A stretch of 64,000 nucleotides of DNA from Ignisphaera sp. (GTDB lineage: Archaea > Thermoproteota > Thermoprotei_A > Sulfolobales > Ignisphaeraceae): contig JAWBDT010000009.1 of NCBI GenBank assembly GCA_038821645.1, forward strand, positions 1-64,000. Direction: 5' to 3'. Below, piece after piece: positions 40,363 to 50,509 of the stretch. The translations under genes and the position numbers were made by a program. Each line of letters starts with the position of its first letter. The stretch's first letter is position 1. Under the pieces are notes generated by a model that was given only the letters and a program-made list of their open reading frames with translations, was not told where the DNA came from and did no database searches.

Positions 40363-41859
40363 TTATAGATCTATTTTCTTAAATATCTTGTAACCTACGA
40401 TAAAGAGTACTACAATCCATGCTATAGGTACAGCAATAGATATGTATGGATTAGCTACAGAGATTTCTTGAGTTAGATCGTATTTCAATTTTATGAAGTA
40501 TTGGACCACATCTATATAGTTTATGGGATTGATGTGGTTAAGTCTGTGACCAAGTTCTGTAAACTCTTTACCCATTAACGGTATATTTAGTGCTAAAGCA
40601 ATCGCGAATTGTATAAAAGTCCAGAGAAATGCAAAAAGTATGTATAGAGCTAATGCTATAGCTAAATAGGTTTTGCCACGTGTCACTGATGCTAATGTAT
40701 AACATAATGTATAGAACATTATGAATGATGCTGATAAACCTAGTACTAAGACTATGTAGCTAGATAGATCAAGGGTTATTCCAAAAATAATTGCAGAAGA
40801 TACTGCTATAGAAACAACATATAGAGTTGCTGATGATAAAGCTGTTAGTACACCAGATAAATATCTTAGTAAGTATATATCGAATCTAGTTACAGGTCTA
40901 GCCAATATGAATTCTAGTGCACCACTTTCTTTAGGTTTAGCGAAAAGTGTATTGACTAGGTATATCATGACTATCGGGAAAAACGCTACGAGTATATTCA
41001 TTCCTCCAGATCCTAAAGCCATCTCGATATACATTTGTTCAAAACTAATTCCACCATACGATATAGTGTTCATACCTATCGCACCTTCTTTCTCAAGACT
41101 TAGAATCATTGTATCGTTGTATGGATCTAGATCAATATGGTAGACCTCAACAATATTTTTGATCTCTAGAGTTCTATAACTCGTAGATAGATTCTTAAAA
41201 CTATCTTCACTTGATAAGAAAGCTCTATATGTAGAGTAGTATATTAGTAGATCTGGTTTAAGATCTATGGAAGAAATATTTGTGCTCAATACAATTAGAA
41301 TTGAATGACCTGTTCTTCTGCTGATGGTAAATAATTTAAAGACAGCAATAGTATCATTGACAAGAATCCATGCATCTGGAGAACCATAGACAGTAAAGAA
41401 TGTATCTTCAGGAAATTCAACTCCTTTCCATCTCTCCTCTATTCCTAACAAAGATATGTAGAGCTGATATATTCTTTCTCCTCGGTATCTCGTTATATTG
41501 AAATTCATTACATTAGTTCTAATCTCTATAGAATCAGGAGTTTCTCCACATAATTGAGAACCAGTAGCCATGTATACACCTTTCCTAGAACTCGTGCTAT
41601 AGATAATCATACCGTTTCTAATAATGTTTATTTCACCATCTATTAATGTTCCTTTTCTATCAAATATTGTTCCTATGATTGTGCATTCCCCATCTTTCTC
41701 GATGTGCAGAGCTACACTATTGATTAATTGAGTCCGTAGAAGCATTATGTAGGTAAGATAAGATAGAGATATCCCTAGAGCTATGGCTACCACAAGGATA
41801 ATTATTGTTGATATTCTTAGAAAAGATCTCTTAAAGTCATAGAGTATAGGTATCTTCAT
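40363..41859 (-). CDS. ABC-2 type exporter permease with large extracellular loop
   Basis: N-terminal TM, ~240-aa loop, ESGALEFILARPVTR, 5 further TMs. Confidence 0.85.
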   Translation of the reverse strand: MKIPILYDFKRSFLRISTIIILVVAIALGISLSYLTYIMLLRTQLINSVALHIEKDGECTIIGTIFDRKGTLIDGEINIIRNGMIIYSTSSRKGVYMATGSQLCGETPDSIEIRTNVMNFNITRYRGERIYQLYISLLGIEERWKGVEFPEDTFFTVYGSPDAWILVNDTIAVFKLFTISRRTGHSILIVLSTNISSIDLKPDLLIYYSTYRAFLSSEDSFKNLSTSYRTLEIKNIVEVYHIDLDPYNDTMILSLEKEGAIGMNTISYGGISFEQMYIEMALGSGGMNILVAFFPIVMIYLVNTLFAKPKESGALEFILARPVTRFDIYLLRYLSGVLTALSSATLYVVSIAVSSAIIFGITLDLSSYIVLVLGLSASFIMFYTLCYTLASVTRGKTYLAIALALYILFAFLWTFIQFAIALALNIPLMGKEFTELGHRLNHINPINYIDVVQYFIKLKYDLTQEISVANPYISIAVPIAWIVVLFIVGYKIFKKIDL

Positions 41860-42761
41860 TTTGCTTCACCTATAATTTTGAAGAACACATCTTCAAGACT
41901 TGCCTCCTCTTTTCTAAATTCTTCAACTCTATAACCTTTCTTTACAAGATCTTCAACAATTTCTGAAATATCTCTAGAAATGTTCTCTATATGTATGGTA
42001 TCTCTATCTATATTAATTATGTCTCCATATTTCTTGAGGATATCTATAGCTCTTTCATCAATACTCGGTATCTTGATAATGAATTTAGGTTTCGCCATAC
42101 TCTTTATCTCGTCTATGGTCATTATCTTCACGATCCTACCTCTATGTATAAACACAACCTTATCCGCTATATCTTCAACTTCTTTGAGTATATGTGATGA
42201 GAATAGAACAGCTCTATTCTCTTTCTTGAATCTCTTAGTAAGCTCTCTAAAAAAGACTATTCCCTGAGGATCTAGACCGTTAAGCACTTCATCAAATAGA
42301 AAGTTGCTTGGGTTATTGATCATCGATACAGCTAATGCGAATCTTTTCTTCATTCCTAGTGAAAAATTCTTTAACTTCATGTTTAATGCATTCCCTAGAC
42401 CTACTTCTTCAAGAAGTTTCCTACCTAGGGATCTAGCTTCTGTATACGATATACCGTAGTAACCTGCTAGATACACAAAATAGTTGAGGGCTTTTTCATC
42501 TAGCTCAAATATAGGTAGCTCAGGAACCCATCCAATATATCTAGAAGCAATTCTCTTCTCATAGGTAATAGAATATCCATCTATCTTTACATCACCTGAG
42601 TCAGGATTAAGAACAGCTACACATATCCTTATGGTAGTTGTTTTTCCAGCACCATTGAGACCCACATACCCAACTATCTCTCCATTCTTAACAGAGAATG
42701 AGACTCTATCTAAGGCTTTTAAAGAACCAAATGACTTCGATATACCATCAATTTCTATCAA
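41856..42761 (-). CDS. ABC-2 type exporter ATPase
   Basis: GLNGAGKTT, FSLGMKKR, FDEVLNGLDP, SSH, SLEDVF. Confidence 0.92.
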   Translation of the reverse strand: MIEIDGISKSFGSLKALDRVSFSVKNGEIVGYVGLNGAGKTTTIRICVAVLNPDSGDVKIDGYSITYEKRIASRYIGWVPELPIFELDEKALNYFVYLAGYYGISYTEARSLGRKLLEEVGLGNALNMKLKNFSLGMKKRFALAVSMINNPSNFLFDEVLNGLDPQGIVFFRELTKRFKKENRAVLFSSHILKEVEDIADKVVFIHRGRIVKIMTIDEIKSMAKPKFIIKIPSIDERAIDILKKYGDIINIDRDTIHIENISRDISEIVEDLVKKGYRVEEFRKEEASLEDVFFKIIGEAK

Positions 42762-43499
42762 AAAGCACCACACCCCTATGCATAACGAATATACTGAGGT
42801 ATAAAAACTAGACGGTTATAGTGATAACACAGTTTGCTACCTATACCTTTTCAGCTGAGATACCCCTATTCCACTTCAGAAACTCCTCACTTCTGTAGAG
42901 TATTTTCCGTGATGCTCTATTCCATGAAATAACTATGAGCAAAAACCATTCCTCATAGCTTTCTTGTACAATCTACATACATCTCTAGAGTACCTTTCTA
43001 CGAATTCTTTATACCGAGTAACAAAAGAAGCTGGATTATGGAGATTAAAATCTAAACCCTACAGAATCTATGTAACATTATTAACTATTGTGAAGAAATC
43101 CACAAAGATGTATCTCGTCAACTTTACCTTACCTCTAAGAATAGCTTCTCTATTATTGTCTGTGAATGACTTTCGATCACTTTTTGCTCCTCAAGTCTAT
43201 GTGATTGATAACTAATCAGAATTCTCTTTCTGGAAATCTGTAAGTGCAGCAACAATAAGAGATAATATTATTGAAATGAAATGATATAGTTGTTAGCAAC
43301 AACCCTAAATACATTGTCTATCTGAAAATAAATGCTCTAACCATGTAGATGGATAGAGAATCCCTAAGGCTAAGGCCAAATCTAGAATAGTCTGATCCAT
43401 ATAAAGATTCATTGTTCTTAGCAATAGAGATAGAACTTCATCTGAAATTAAAACATAGTAGCTCCGAAGTATAAAAATTATCTAGTATTTTGCTAGATG

Positions 43500-44390
43500 C
43501 TATGCGGCTCTTTCTTCTTTAAAGTATATTTCTCCTAGTGCTTTAGGTATAGCTAACCTTTTGCTTATTGGCAATGCGCTTACAAATGTTACAAAAGCTA
43601 TAGATGCTATATATGGTATCATTGAGAGTATTTGTTGTGGTATCCCGTATTCGAGTTGATATATGTAGAGAGATCTCTCTAGATAACTAAATATTGTTAC
43701 AGGTATTAAAGCTATTAGGGGATGCCATAGCGATGCCATAGCTAAAGCTAGTGTTAGAAATCCATAGCCCATGCCTATGTACGAAGACCAAGACTTTTTG
43801 TATAGAAGTGTATATACATATCCACTAAAAGCTATAACTATGTAACCTAGAGCTAACGCTATAAACCTTGTTCTCCACATCTTTACACCAAGATGATCTG
43901 CTGCCTTAGGATTGAATCCACATGCTCTTATAGCCACACCTATTCTTGATCTGTATAGGAATAACCATATAGCTATAGATACAGCTATAGATATCAAGAG
44001 TATTACGCCCCAATTTAGTGTTATAGGTGCTACAAGCGTTCTTCTTCCTAGGTATATTGGGGCTAGAGAAAGCCCTATGTTTCCTACAACAACACTTAAT
44101 CCATAGAAGATCATATTGAGTACTAATCCTGATAATATATGTGATAAATGCATTACGTTTATGAGTAGAGAGATCAGTATGGCGTATACTATAGCAGATG
44201 CTAGAGTTATTGCTAGAGCCACGATAGGATTGAACACAACTGTACATGTATATGTTAAAGCTATAGCAAATACTATGAACCCATCTATTCCTAGGTTTAG
44301 TACACCACTACGTTCTACAACTATATCACCTAAAACAGCTAGAGCAATAAATAGGTAGAATTCTTCAAACAATATCCCGAGATCTATCAT
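43500..44390 (-). CDS. Nucleoside/sugar ABC transporter permease
   Basis: ERSGVLNLGIDG, RACGFNP, GYGFLTLA, PKALG. Confidence 0.88.
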   Translation of the reverse strand: MIDLGILFEEFYLFIALAVLGDIVVERSGVLNLGIDGFIVFAIALTYTCTVVFNPIVALAITLASAIVYAILISLLINVMHLSHILSGLVLNMIFYGLSVVVGNIGLSLAPIYLGRRTLVAPITLNWGVILLISIAVSIAIWLFLYRSRIGVAIRACGFNPKAADHLGVKMWRTRFIALALGYIVIAFSGYVYTLLYKKSWSSYIGMGYGFLTLALAMASLWHPLIALIPVTIFSYLERSLYIYQLEYGIPQQILSMIPYIASIAFVTFVSALPISKRLAIPKALGEIYFKEERAA

Positions 44391-45439
44391 CTCTTTACCA
44401 CCACTCTATACCTAGCCACGAATATCGATAAAAGCATGAGAACAAATATCAAACCCACAAAGAATCGTGCAACAGCTTCTGTTAACTCTCCAACCTGTAT
44501 AACCATTCTCAGATAATGAAGAGATGAGACATAGTATGAAGCGAGAGGTACTACAAGAGGATTGAGATCAGCAAACCATACAACAAGAATAGATATGAAC
44601 CCCATTCCAGCACCTATCTTTTCTCCCGGTACGAGTTTTCTATGATACATAAGCACTTCGTTACCTCCTACAAAACCAGCTAATGCGCCAGAGAGAACAA
44701 AAGCTATTATAGCCACTTTTCTCCTCGAGATACCGCTTAATTCTACAGCTGTTCCACTAGATCCAAGAGCTCTTATAGCTATACCTATTCTAGTCTTATA
44801 GAGAAACATATACACAAGTGGAACTAAAGCGAACGATATGATTAGAGGATATATGGAGAAGCTATAGCCAGGGAACCACGGAAATCTACATTGATTAGGT
44901 ATAGGGTCTGTTTCTGGATATCCATACACAGTTCTTCCTCTCCATGGACCATAGACTAGGTAGTTAGCTAAGTAATACGCTATGTAGTTCATCATTAGGG
45001 TTGTAAGAGCTTCATTAACTCCTAAGAAAGTACGAAGTAGTGCTGGTACTAAAGCCCAGAGAGCTCCAGCAATTGAGGCAAAAACAAGAGATACTGTAGC
45101 ACCTAGAAAAGGGACCTCACCAACTGGTGTAAAGAGAGCTATATATGTAGCTCCTATTGCTCCTAGAACTATTTGTCCTTCAGCACCTAGATTCCACAAC
45201 TTTGCGTGAAACGCTATTGCTAGACCTAGTGCTGTTGGTAAGAAAACAGTCATATATCTAAGCGCATCTAGTCTAATGAACACATCTATAACTCTACTAG
45301 CAACCAAATCTACGGGAATCCTTAATAGAAATGCTAGAGAAGATACCGCTAGAGCTATTCCACCTATAGCTATGCTAATCCTAAGCAGAATATTGCTCCA
45401 AATCGGTAGCTCTCTTCTAACTATAGCTACCTTAACCAT
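44387..45439 (-). CDS. Nucleoside/sugar ABC transporter permease
   Basis: LWNLGAEGQ, VNEALTTLMMNY, SGALAG, GMGF. Confidence 0.88.
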   Translation of the reverse strand: MVKVAIVRRELPIWSNILLRISIAIGGIALAVSSLAFLLRIPVDLVASRVIDVFIRLDALRYMTVFLPTALGLAIAFHAKLWNLGAEGQIVLGAIGATYIALFTPVGEVPFLGATVSLVFASIAGALWALVPALLRTFLGVNEALTTLMMNYIAYYLANYLVYGPWRGRTVYGYPETDPIPNQCRFPWFPGYSFSIYPLIISFALVPLVYMFLYKTRIGIAIRALGSSGTAVELSGISRRKVAIIAFVLSGALAGFVGGNEVLMYHRKLVPGEKIGAGMGFISILVVWFADLNPLVVPLASYYVSSLHYLRMVIQVGELTEAVARFFVGLIFVLMLLSIFVARYRVVVKR

Positions 45440-46919
45440 AGAGAACCATAGCCTCCTCAATTTCTTCTCTAATACTTGGTGAAATTGTATCAAAAATCTT
45501 GACAATTTTGCCTCGTGAAATAACTGCAATCCTATTGGCTAGTCCAAGAGCTTCATCAACATCTTCAGTAACAAGCAGAATACCTACACCTTTATCAGCC
45601 ATATCCTTAAACACCAACTTCACAAAATTTGAACTAGCTTCATCGAGCATTCTAGTCGGGTTATAAGCTATGATGCACTTTAGAGGAAGAAGCTTTAGTC
45701 TAGATATAGAGATTTTCTGTATATTTCCACCAGAGAACTTATATACCTTAACCTTTGGATTCGGTGGATAGATCCTCATACTATTGAGTATACCAGATAT
45801 ATCTGTCTTGCTGATTCCTCTACCTGCTACTAATTTAAGGTTTTCAGCAACGGTCAAATCCAGTACAACACCATCTCTAAACGGATCTTCTGGTAGATAC
45901 CCAAGACCCATAGCGACTCTTCGAGATGTAGGTGCATCAGTTATATCGATACCATCAAGAAGCACTCTTCCCTCAACTACTTTCTTAAGACCTATAATAC
46001 CTTCGCAAAGCTCTTTCTGACCATTACCAGCTACACCAACTATAGATAGAATCTCTCCATTTCTAATAGACAGATTTACACCTTCAACAGCTCTTCTACC
46101 GTAATCATCAAGTACAGCCAAATTCTCGATGTGTAGTATATTCTTATCAAAGATCTTGGGAACAGTTTTCTCAATAACTTCACTAAGTGTCTTGGGGAAA
46201 GATGATACCCTCTCTCTAACTTCATTAAACATTGCTTTTCTTAAAACCTCAACAGAAAGTCCACCATCATTTAGGTAAACATTGATGAGCTTTCCTCTAC
46301 GAAGAATAGCTATTCTATCACATATTTCTACAGCTTCATTTATTTTATGAGTTATGAATATAACTGAACTGCTGAGAGATATCAGCATCTTTAATGCTCT
46401 ATAGAACTTCTCTCTAACTTCTTTAGGAAGATATGTAGTAGCTTCATCAACTATTAACAGCTTTGGCTTGATAGCTAATGCTTTCACAAGTTCTATAAAC
46501 TGTTTCTCTGTATAGCTAAGAAGATTAACTGGAACATCTGGCTCTATATCTATCTCAAATCTCTTCATAATAGACCAAACTACTTTTTTAGCCATAGAAG
46601 GTGAAGTTTTCAAGAATAACGCAACATTATCTGCTATGGATAGTTCTTCAACAAGTTGAGGTCTTTGGCTAATCATTACTATACCATTCTCTATAGCATC
46701 TCTAGGAGATGAAAAATGTACTTTAATTCCATTGAATTCTATGTAGCCGCTATCAGGTGTATAGATGCCATAAATTATTTTCGCTAATGTAGATTTACCT
46801 GAACCATTTTCACCCAAAATGCCTAGAATCTCGCCCTCATAAACATCTAGTGTAACTCTATCTAGAGCAACAATACTCTCAAAACTTTTAGACACATCAA
46901 CAATCTTTAGGAGAACCAT
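45432..46919 (-). CDS. Tandem-domain ABC ATPase (CUT2/nucleoside type)
   Basis: GENGSGKS, VDEAT, ITHK, GVAGNGQ, PED, SGGNIQK. Confidence 0.9.
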   Translation of the reverse strand: MVLLKIVDVSKSFESIVALDRVTLDVYEGEILGILGENGSGKSTLAKIIYGIYTPDSGYIEFNGIKVHFSSPRDAIENGIVMISQRPQLVEELSIADNVALFLKTSPSMAKKVVWSIMKRFEIDIEPDVPVNLLSYTEKQFIELVKALAIKPKLLIVDEATTYLPKEVREKFYRALKMLISLSSSVIFITHKINEAVEICDRIAILRRGKLINVYLNDGGLSVEVLRKAMFNEVRERVSSFPKTLSEVIEKTVPKIFDKNILHIENLAVLDDYGRRAVEGVNLSIRNGEILSIVGVAGNGQKELCEGIIGLKKVVEGRVLLDGIDITDAPTSRRVAMGLGYLPEDPFRDGVVLDLTVAENLKLVAGRGISKTDISGILNSMRIYPPNPKVKVYKFSGGNIQKISISRLKLLPLKCIIAYNPTRMLDEASSNFVKLVFKDMADKGVGILLVTEDVDEALGLANRIAVISRGKIVKIFDTISPSIREEIEEAMVLYG

Positions 46920-46968
46920 TCTTATACCCAAAACAAAAAATATTTGCGATAATGATTATTGTTTGATT

Positions 46969-48396
46969 CTATCTTTTACCCATATACTCTACTCCTTTGA
47001 TGAACCAATCCATATCCCATAGATCTTGATGCGTAAGCCTTACACCAGATGGTACTGTAACAACAGCTCCAATATCTTTACCTTTGCAGAATCTTGAGTA
47101 AGCTTCTTCACCACCCTTTATACAGTAACCTTCAAGAGGACCTATGAATGGATCGAATACTGGAGCTACTATATGTCTAGGTATAGCCTTTATATCTATA
47201 TCTACATACGCTACAGATTCATACTCATGGGTAATCGCTGTACCTTGGAGTGACTGTAGTATTGGAGCATTCTTCATCTGTTCATATCTCTTCATAACGT
47301 ATTCATACACCGATACCTCTCTTCCTGTCTCAGGATCTCTGAACCTAATGTTTTGTAGCATTGGTATATACTTGGGGTTTATCATCATAACAGATCCATT
47401 AGGATATACATGGGCTCCAAGTTCGACAGCACCTGTATTGAGTAGATACCAGTAATCTACATTCTCGAGATTACTTGGGGTGTATATACCTGCCTTAACC
47501 TTAGCTAAGATATCTGCGTATATTACTTCCCATCTAACTAACTGACCACTTATCACTACATCTGGTCCATATTCATACATTGGGCTATAGTGACTAAACA
47601 CATAAACTAGTTTACCTTTCTCATCGTAAAGTGATTGTGCATATTCAATAATGGCTGTAGAGTCTTCAGTAAAAGCGATAACATCAACATTATATCTCTC
47701 TACAAATGTTTTAGCAGCTTCTCTAGCTGCATCAGGATCATACCAAGCACCTATCTCTATCACATAGACCTTTATGTCCTTGCCAAGAATTCTACCCATC
47801 TCCATAGCTCCTATAGCGAAGGCATTGATATGTCTAACAACTTCAGGTATTGTGTGTGCAGCTACATAGCCAAGGTTACCTGTTTGTGTAACTGCTCCAG
47901 CTATAAGGCCATTGAGATAGTATATCTGGTAGAGATCAGCAAAGTATGTACCCATATTTGGCGCTCTTTTGTATCCGGAACAGTGGAAGAACATGACATT
48001 GGGATATTGGAGAGCTTTTTCATATGTTGGATCCATGTGATCGAAACTTGTTGTGAATATAACGTTATATCCTCGTCTAATAAACTCATCTATAACACTA
48101 GCTGTAGCTTCTTTAGAAACAAATTCTTTTTTATCTGTCTCTAGCCAATCACTAAATAGTTTATCAACAACTTGTCTACCTACTTCATGAGCATGTGACC
48201 ATCCGAAATCACCTATAGGTCCTACGTATATAAATGCGGCTCTTATTTTCTCTGGAGGCTTATATACAGTAGGCTCATATACAGTAACTGTTGTTGTGTA
48301 AGTCGATGGTACATGAAGAGCATAAAATGTAATTGAACCTATTAGAGCTCCTATCACTATTCCTATGGCTAGACCTATATACAGTTTATTCACCAT
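46969..48396 (-). CDS. BMP family (nucleoside-binding) ABC substrate-binding protein
   Basis: FIYVGPIGDFGWSHAHEVGR, FTTSF, HCSGY, PEVVRHINAF, WYDP. Confidence 0.9.
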   Translation of the reverse strand: MVNKLYIGLAIGIVIGALIGSITFYALHVPSTYTTTVTVYEPTVYKPPEKIRAAFIYVGPIGDFGWSHAHEVGRQVVDKLFSDWLETDKKEFVSKEATASVIDEFIRRGYNVIFTTSFDHMDPTYEKALQYPNVMFFHCSGYKRAPNMGTYFADLYQIYYLNGLIAGAVTQTGNLGYVAAHTIPEVVRHINAFAIGAMEMGRILGKDIKVYVIEIGAWYDPDAAREAAKTFVERYNVDVIAFTEDSTAIIEYAQSLYDEKGKLVYVFSHYSPMYEYGPDVVISGQLVRWEVIYADILAKVKAGIYTPSNLENVDYWYLLNTGAVELGAHVYPNGSVMMINPKYIPMLQNIRFRDPETGREVSVYEYVMKRYEQMKNAPILQSLQGTAITHEYESVAYVDIDIKAIPRHIVAPVFDPFIGPLEGYCIKGGEEAYSRFCKGKDIGAVVTVPSGVRLTHQDLWDMDWFIKGVEYMGKR

Positions 48397-48550
48397 ATTT
48401 ACACACCTGATGCTCATAAATCTTGAGAAAGTTTATAAGCACTATCTACAGTATTTATGTAAGCTTATACATAATTATGTTAAATCTCGATGATTCATAT
48501 TTAAAATACTCCCTAAACTTCTTATCTCTAGTGTATCTTCAAGTCACAAG

Positions 48551-50419
48551 ATGGTTAGAATGAGTCATGGAGATATTGAGATAATCTTCAAACCAATAGA
48601 GACAAGAGCTGTATCTACCTCAAATAAAGTTCTCTTAGATATTGCTAGAGAATGTGGAATCCCTATTAGAGCTGATTGTGGTGGTATAGGTATCTGTGGA
48701 AAATGTAGAGTAAGATTCGAGTTTGTTGATGGAGAACTCTCTAAACCAACACGAAGCGAGCTGAATATTCTTGGGGAAAAAAGTATAGCTGAAGGATATA
48801 GACTTGCATGTCAAGTTAAATTGATTAGCGGCCGCTTCATTATCTATATCCCTTCTGAGAGCATAATCCAAAAATACAGATCTGCTGACATAGGTTTAGA
48901 GAAACCTCTAGTGTTGAAGCCAGCTATAAATATCTATAGGGTTAGACCATCTAAACCAACACTTAATCATCCTTATCCAGATCTCGATAGAGTTGTAGAA
49001 GAGATTAAGAAAACATTAGCTGTAGATGAAGTCGAGATACCTCTAGAGATACTGAGAGAACTACCAGAGATACTGAGGAAAGCTGATTGGGATATAGATG
49101 TTGTTCTATGGAGTGGTAAAAAGATAGTTGATGTAAGACCTCACATAGATTCTTTTAAGCCATATGGTTTAGCCATAGATATAGGTACATCTAGAGTTGT
49201 GGTACATCTTGTTGATCTCTTATCAGGTGAAACAATAGCTATAGAGTCTATGGTAAATCCACAGACAGTTTATGGAGCAGATATAATATCGAGACTTGTA
49301 TATGCATCTCGATCTGTAGAGAATCTTCAGAAACTCCATACCGTGATAGTGAATAGCATCAACACTCTTATCGAGAAAATAGTTAATAGAGTATCTATCT
49401 CTCTCGATCAGATATATGAAGCTGTAGTTGTATGCAATACCGTTATGCATCATCTGTTTCTAGGTATAGAGCCCAGATACCTTGGTATCGCACCTTACAC
49501 ACCTGTAGCTCGAGGACCTCTACACTATGAGGCTAGAGAACTTGGCCTAAAAATGAATAAGTATGGTATTGTTTACTTACCACCAATTATAGCAGGTTTC
49601 GTGGGTTCTGATGCTGTAGCTGATGCTGTATCTATCGATATAGATGAATGTAGAGAACCATGTATATTAATCGATATTGGAACCAATACAGAGATAATAG
49701 TGAATACAGGGAAAAAGATTGTAGCTGGCTCTACACCTGCTGGACCTGCTTTCGAAGGAGCTTCGATGAGCTTCGGTATGAGGGCAATTGAAGGAGCTAT
49801 AGACCAAGTATATATATACTTCGACAAATCTCTAGGAGATTATGTTGTTAAATATAGTGTTATTGGTGGAAAGAAGCCTGCAGGTGTGTGTGGTTCAGGT
49901 TATATAGATCTTGTAGCTAATCTCTATAGAGTTGGTGTACTGAATAAACGTGGCAAATTCTATAACGATATCAAGTCATCAAGAATTGTGAAGGAGAATG
50001 GTTTAACAAAATTTATTGTTGTAAGAGCTAATGAAACATCGATAGGTAAGGATATAGCTATAGATGAAAGAGATGTAGACAATTTGTTGCTAGCAAAAGC
50101 AGCTATTGCCTCAGGACTGAAAACATTACTTGAGTGGGTTGATCTAGAGGTTAACGATATAGGTAAAATCTATATTGCAGGATCTTTTGGCTCATACATA
50201 AATATAGAGAACGCTATAACAATAGGTCTTTTACCAAATATATCTATCTCTAGATATGTTTTCATAGGTAATGCTTCTATCACAGGTGCTAAAGCTATAC
50301 TCAAGTCTAGAGATATTAGAGATAAAACTGTTTCTCTATCTAAGAGAATAGAGTATGTGGAGATATCTGCATATCCAAACTTTAAGAAACTGTTTACCGA
50401 GTCTCTGTACCTACCTTAA
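48551..50419 (+). CDS. 2Fe-2S/ASKHA ATP-dependent corrinoid reductive activator (RACo/DUF4445 family)
   Basis: CGGIGICGKC...RLACQ, DIGTS, NPQ..YGADIISR, GFVGSD, DIGTNTE, AGPAFEG, CGSG, AGSFG, GNAS. Confidence 0.88.
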   Translation: MVRMSHGDIEIIFKPIETRAVSTSNKVLLDIARECGIPIRADCGGIGICGKCRVRFEFVDGELSKPTRSELNILGEKSIAEGYRLACQVKLISGRFIIYIPSESIIQKYRSADIGLEKPLVLKPAINIYRVRPSKPTLNHPYPDLDRVVEEIKKTLAVDEVEIPLEILRELPEILRKADWDIDVVLWSGKKIVDVRPHIDSFKPYGLAIDIGTSRVVVHLVDLLSGETIAIESMVNPQTVYGADIISRLVYASRSVENLQKLHTVIVNSINTLIEKIVNRVSISLDQIYEAVVVCNTVMHHLFLGIEPRYLGIAPYTPVARGPLHYEARELGLKMNKYGIVYLPPIIAGFVGSDAVADAVSIDIDECREPCILIDIGTNTEIIVNTGKKIVAGSTPAGPAFEGASMSFGMRAIEGAIDQVYIYFDKSLGDYVVKYSVIGGKKPAGVCGSGYIDLVANLYRVGVLNKRGKFYNDIKSSRIVKENGLTKFIVVRANETSIGKDIAIDERDVDNLLLAKAAIASGLKTLLEWVDLEVNDIGKIYIAGSFGSYINIENAITIGLLPNISISRYVFIGNASITGAKAILKSRDIRDKTVSLSKRIEYVEISAYPNFKKLFTESLYLP

Positions 50420-50509
50420 TATCTACCTTAATTTCAAGACCAAGAGAATAACAATATCTACTGTATAAATTCCATTAATTCTTGATTTTATTCATAATCT
50501 ATTGTTTTT

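Noticed and set aside
42964-43215. 83-aa plus-strand ORF
   Set aside because: No SD or recognisable motif; more likely the antisense shadow of a decayed minus-strand gene
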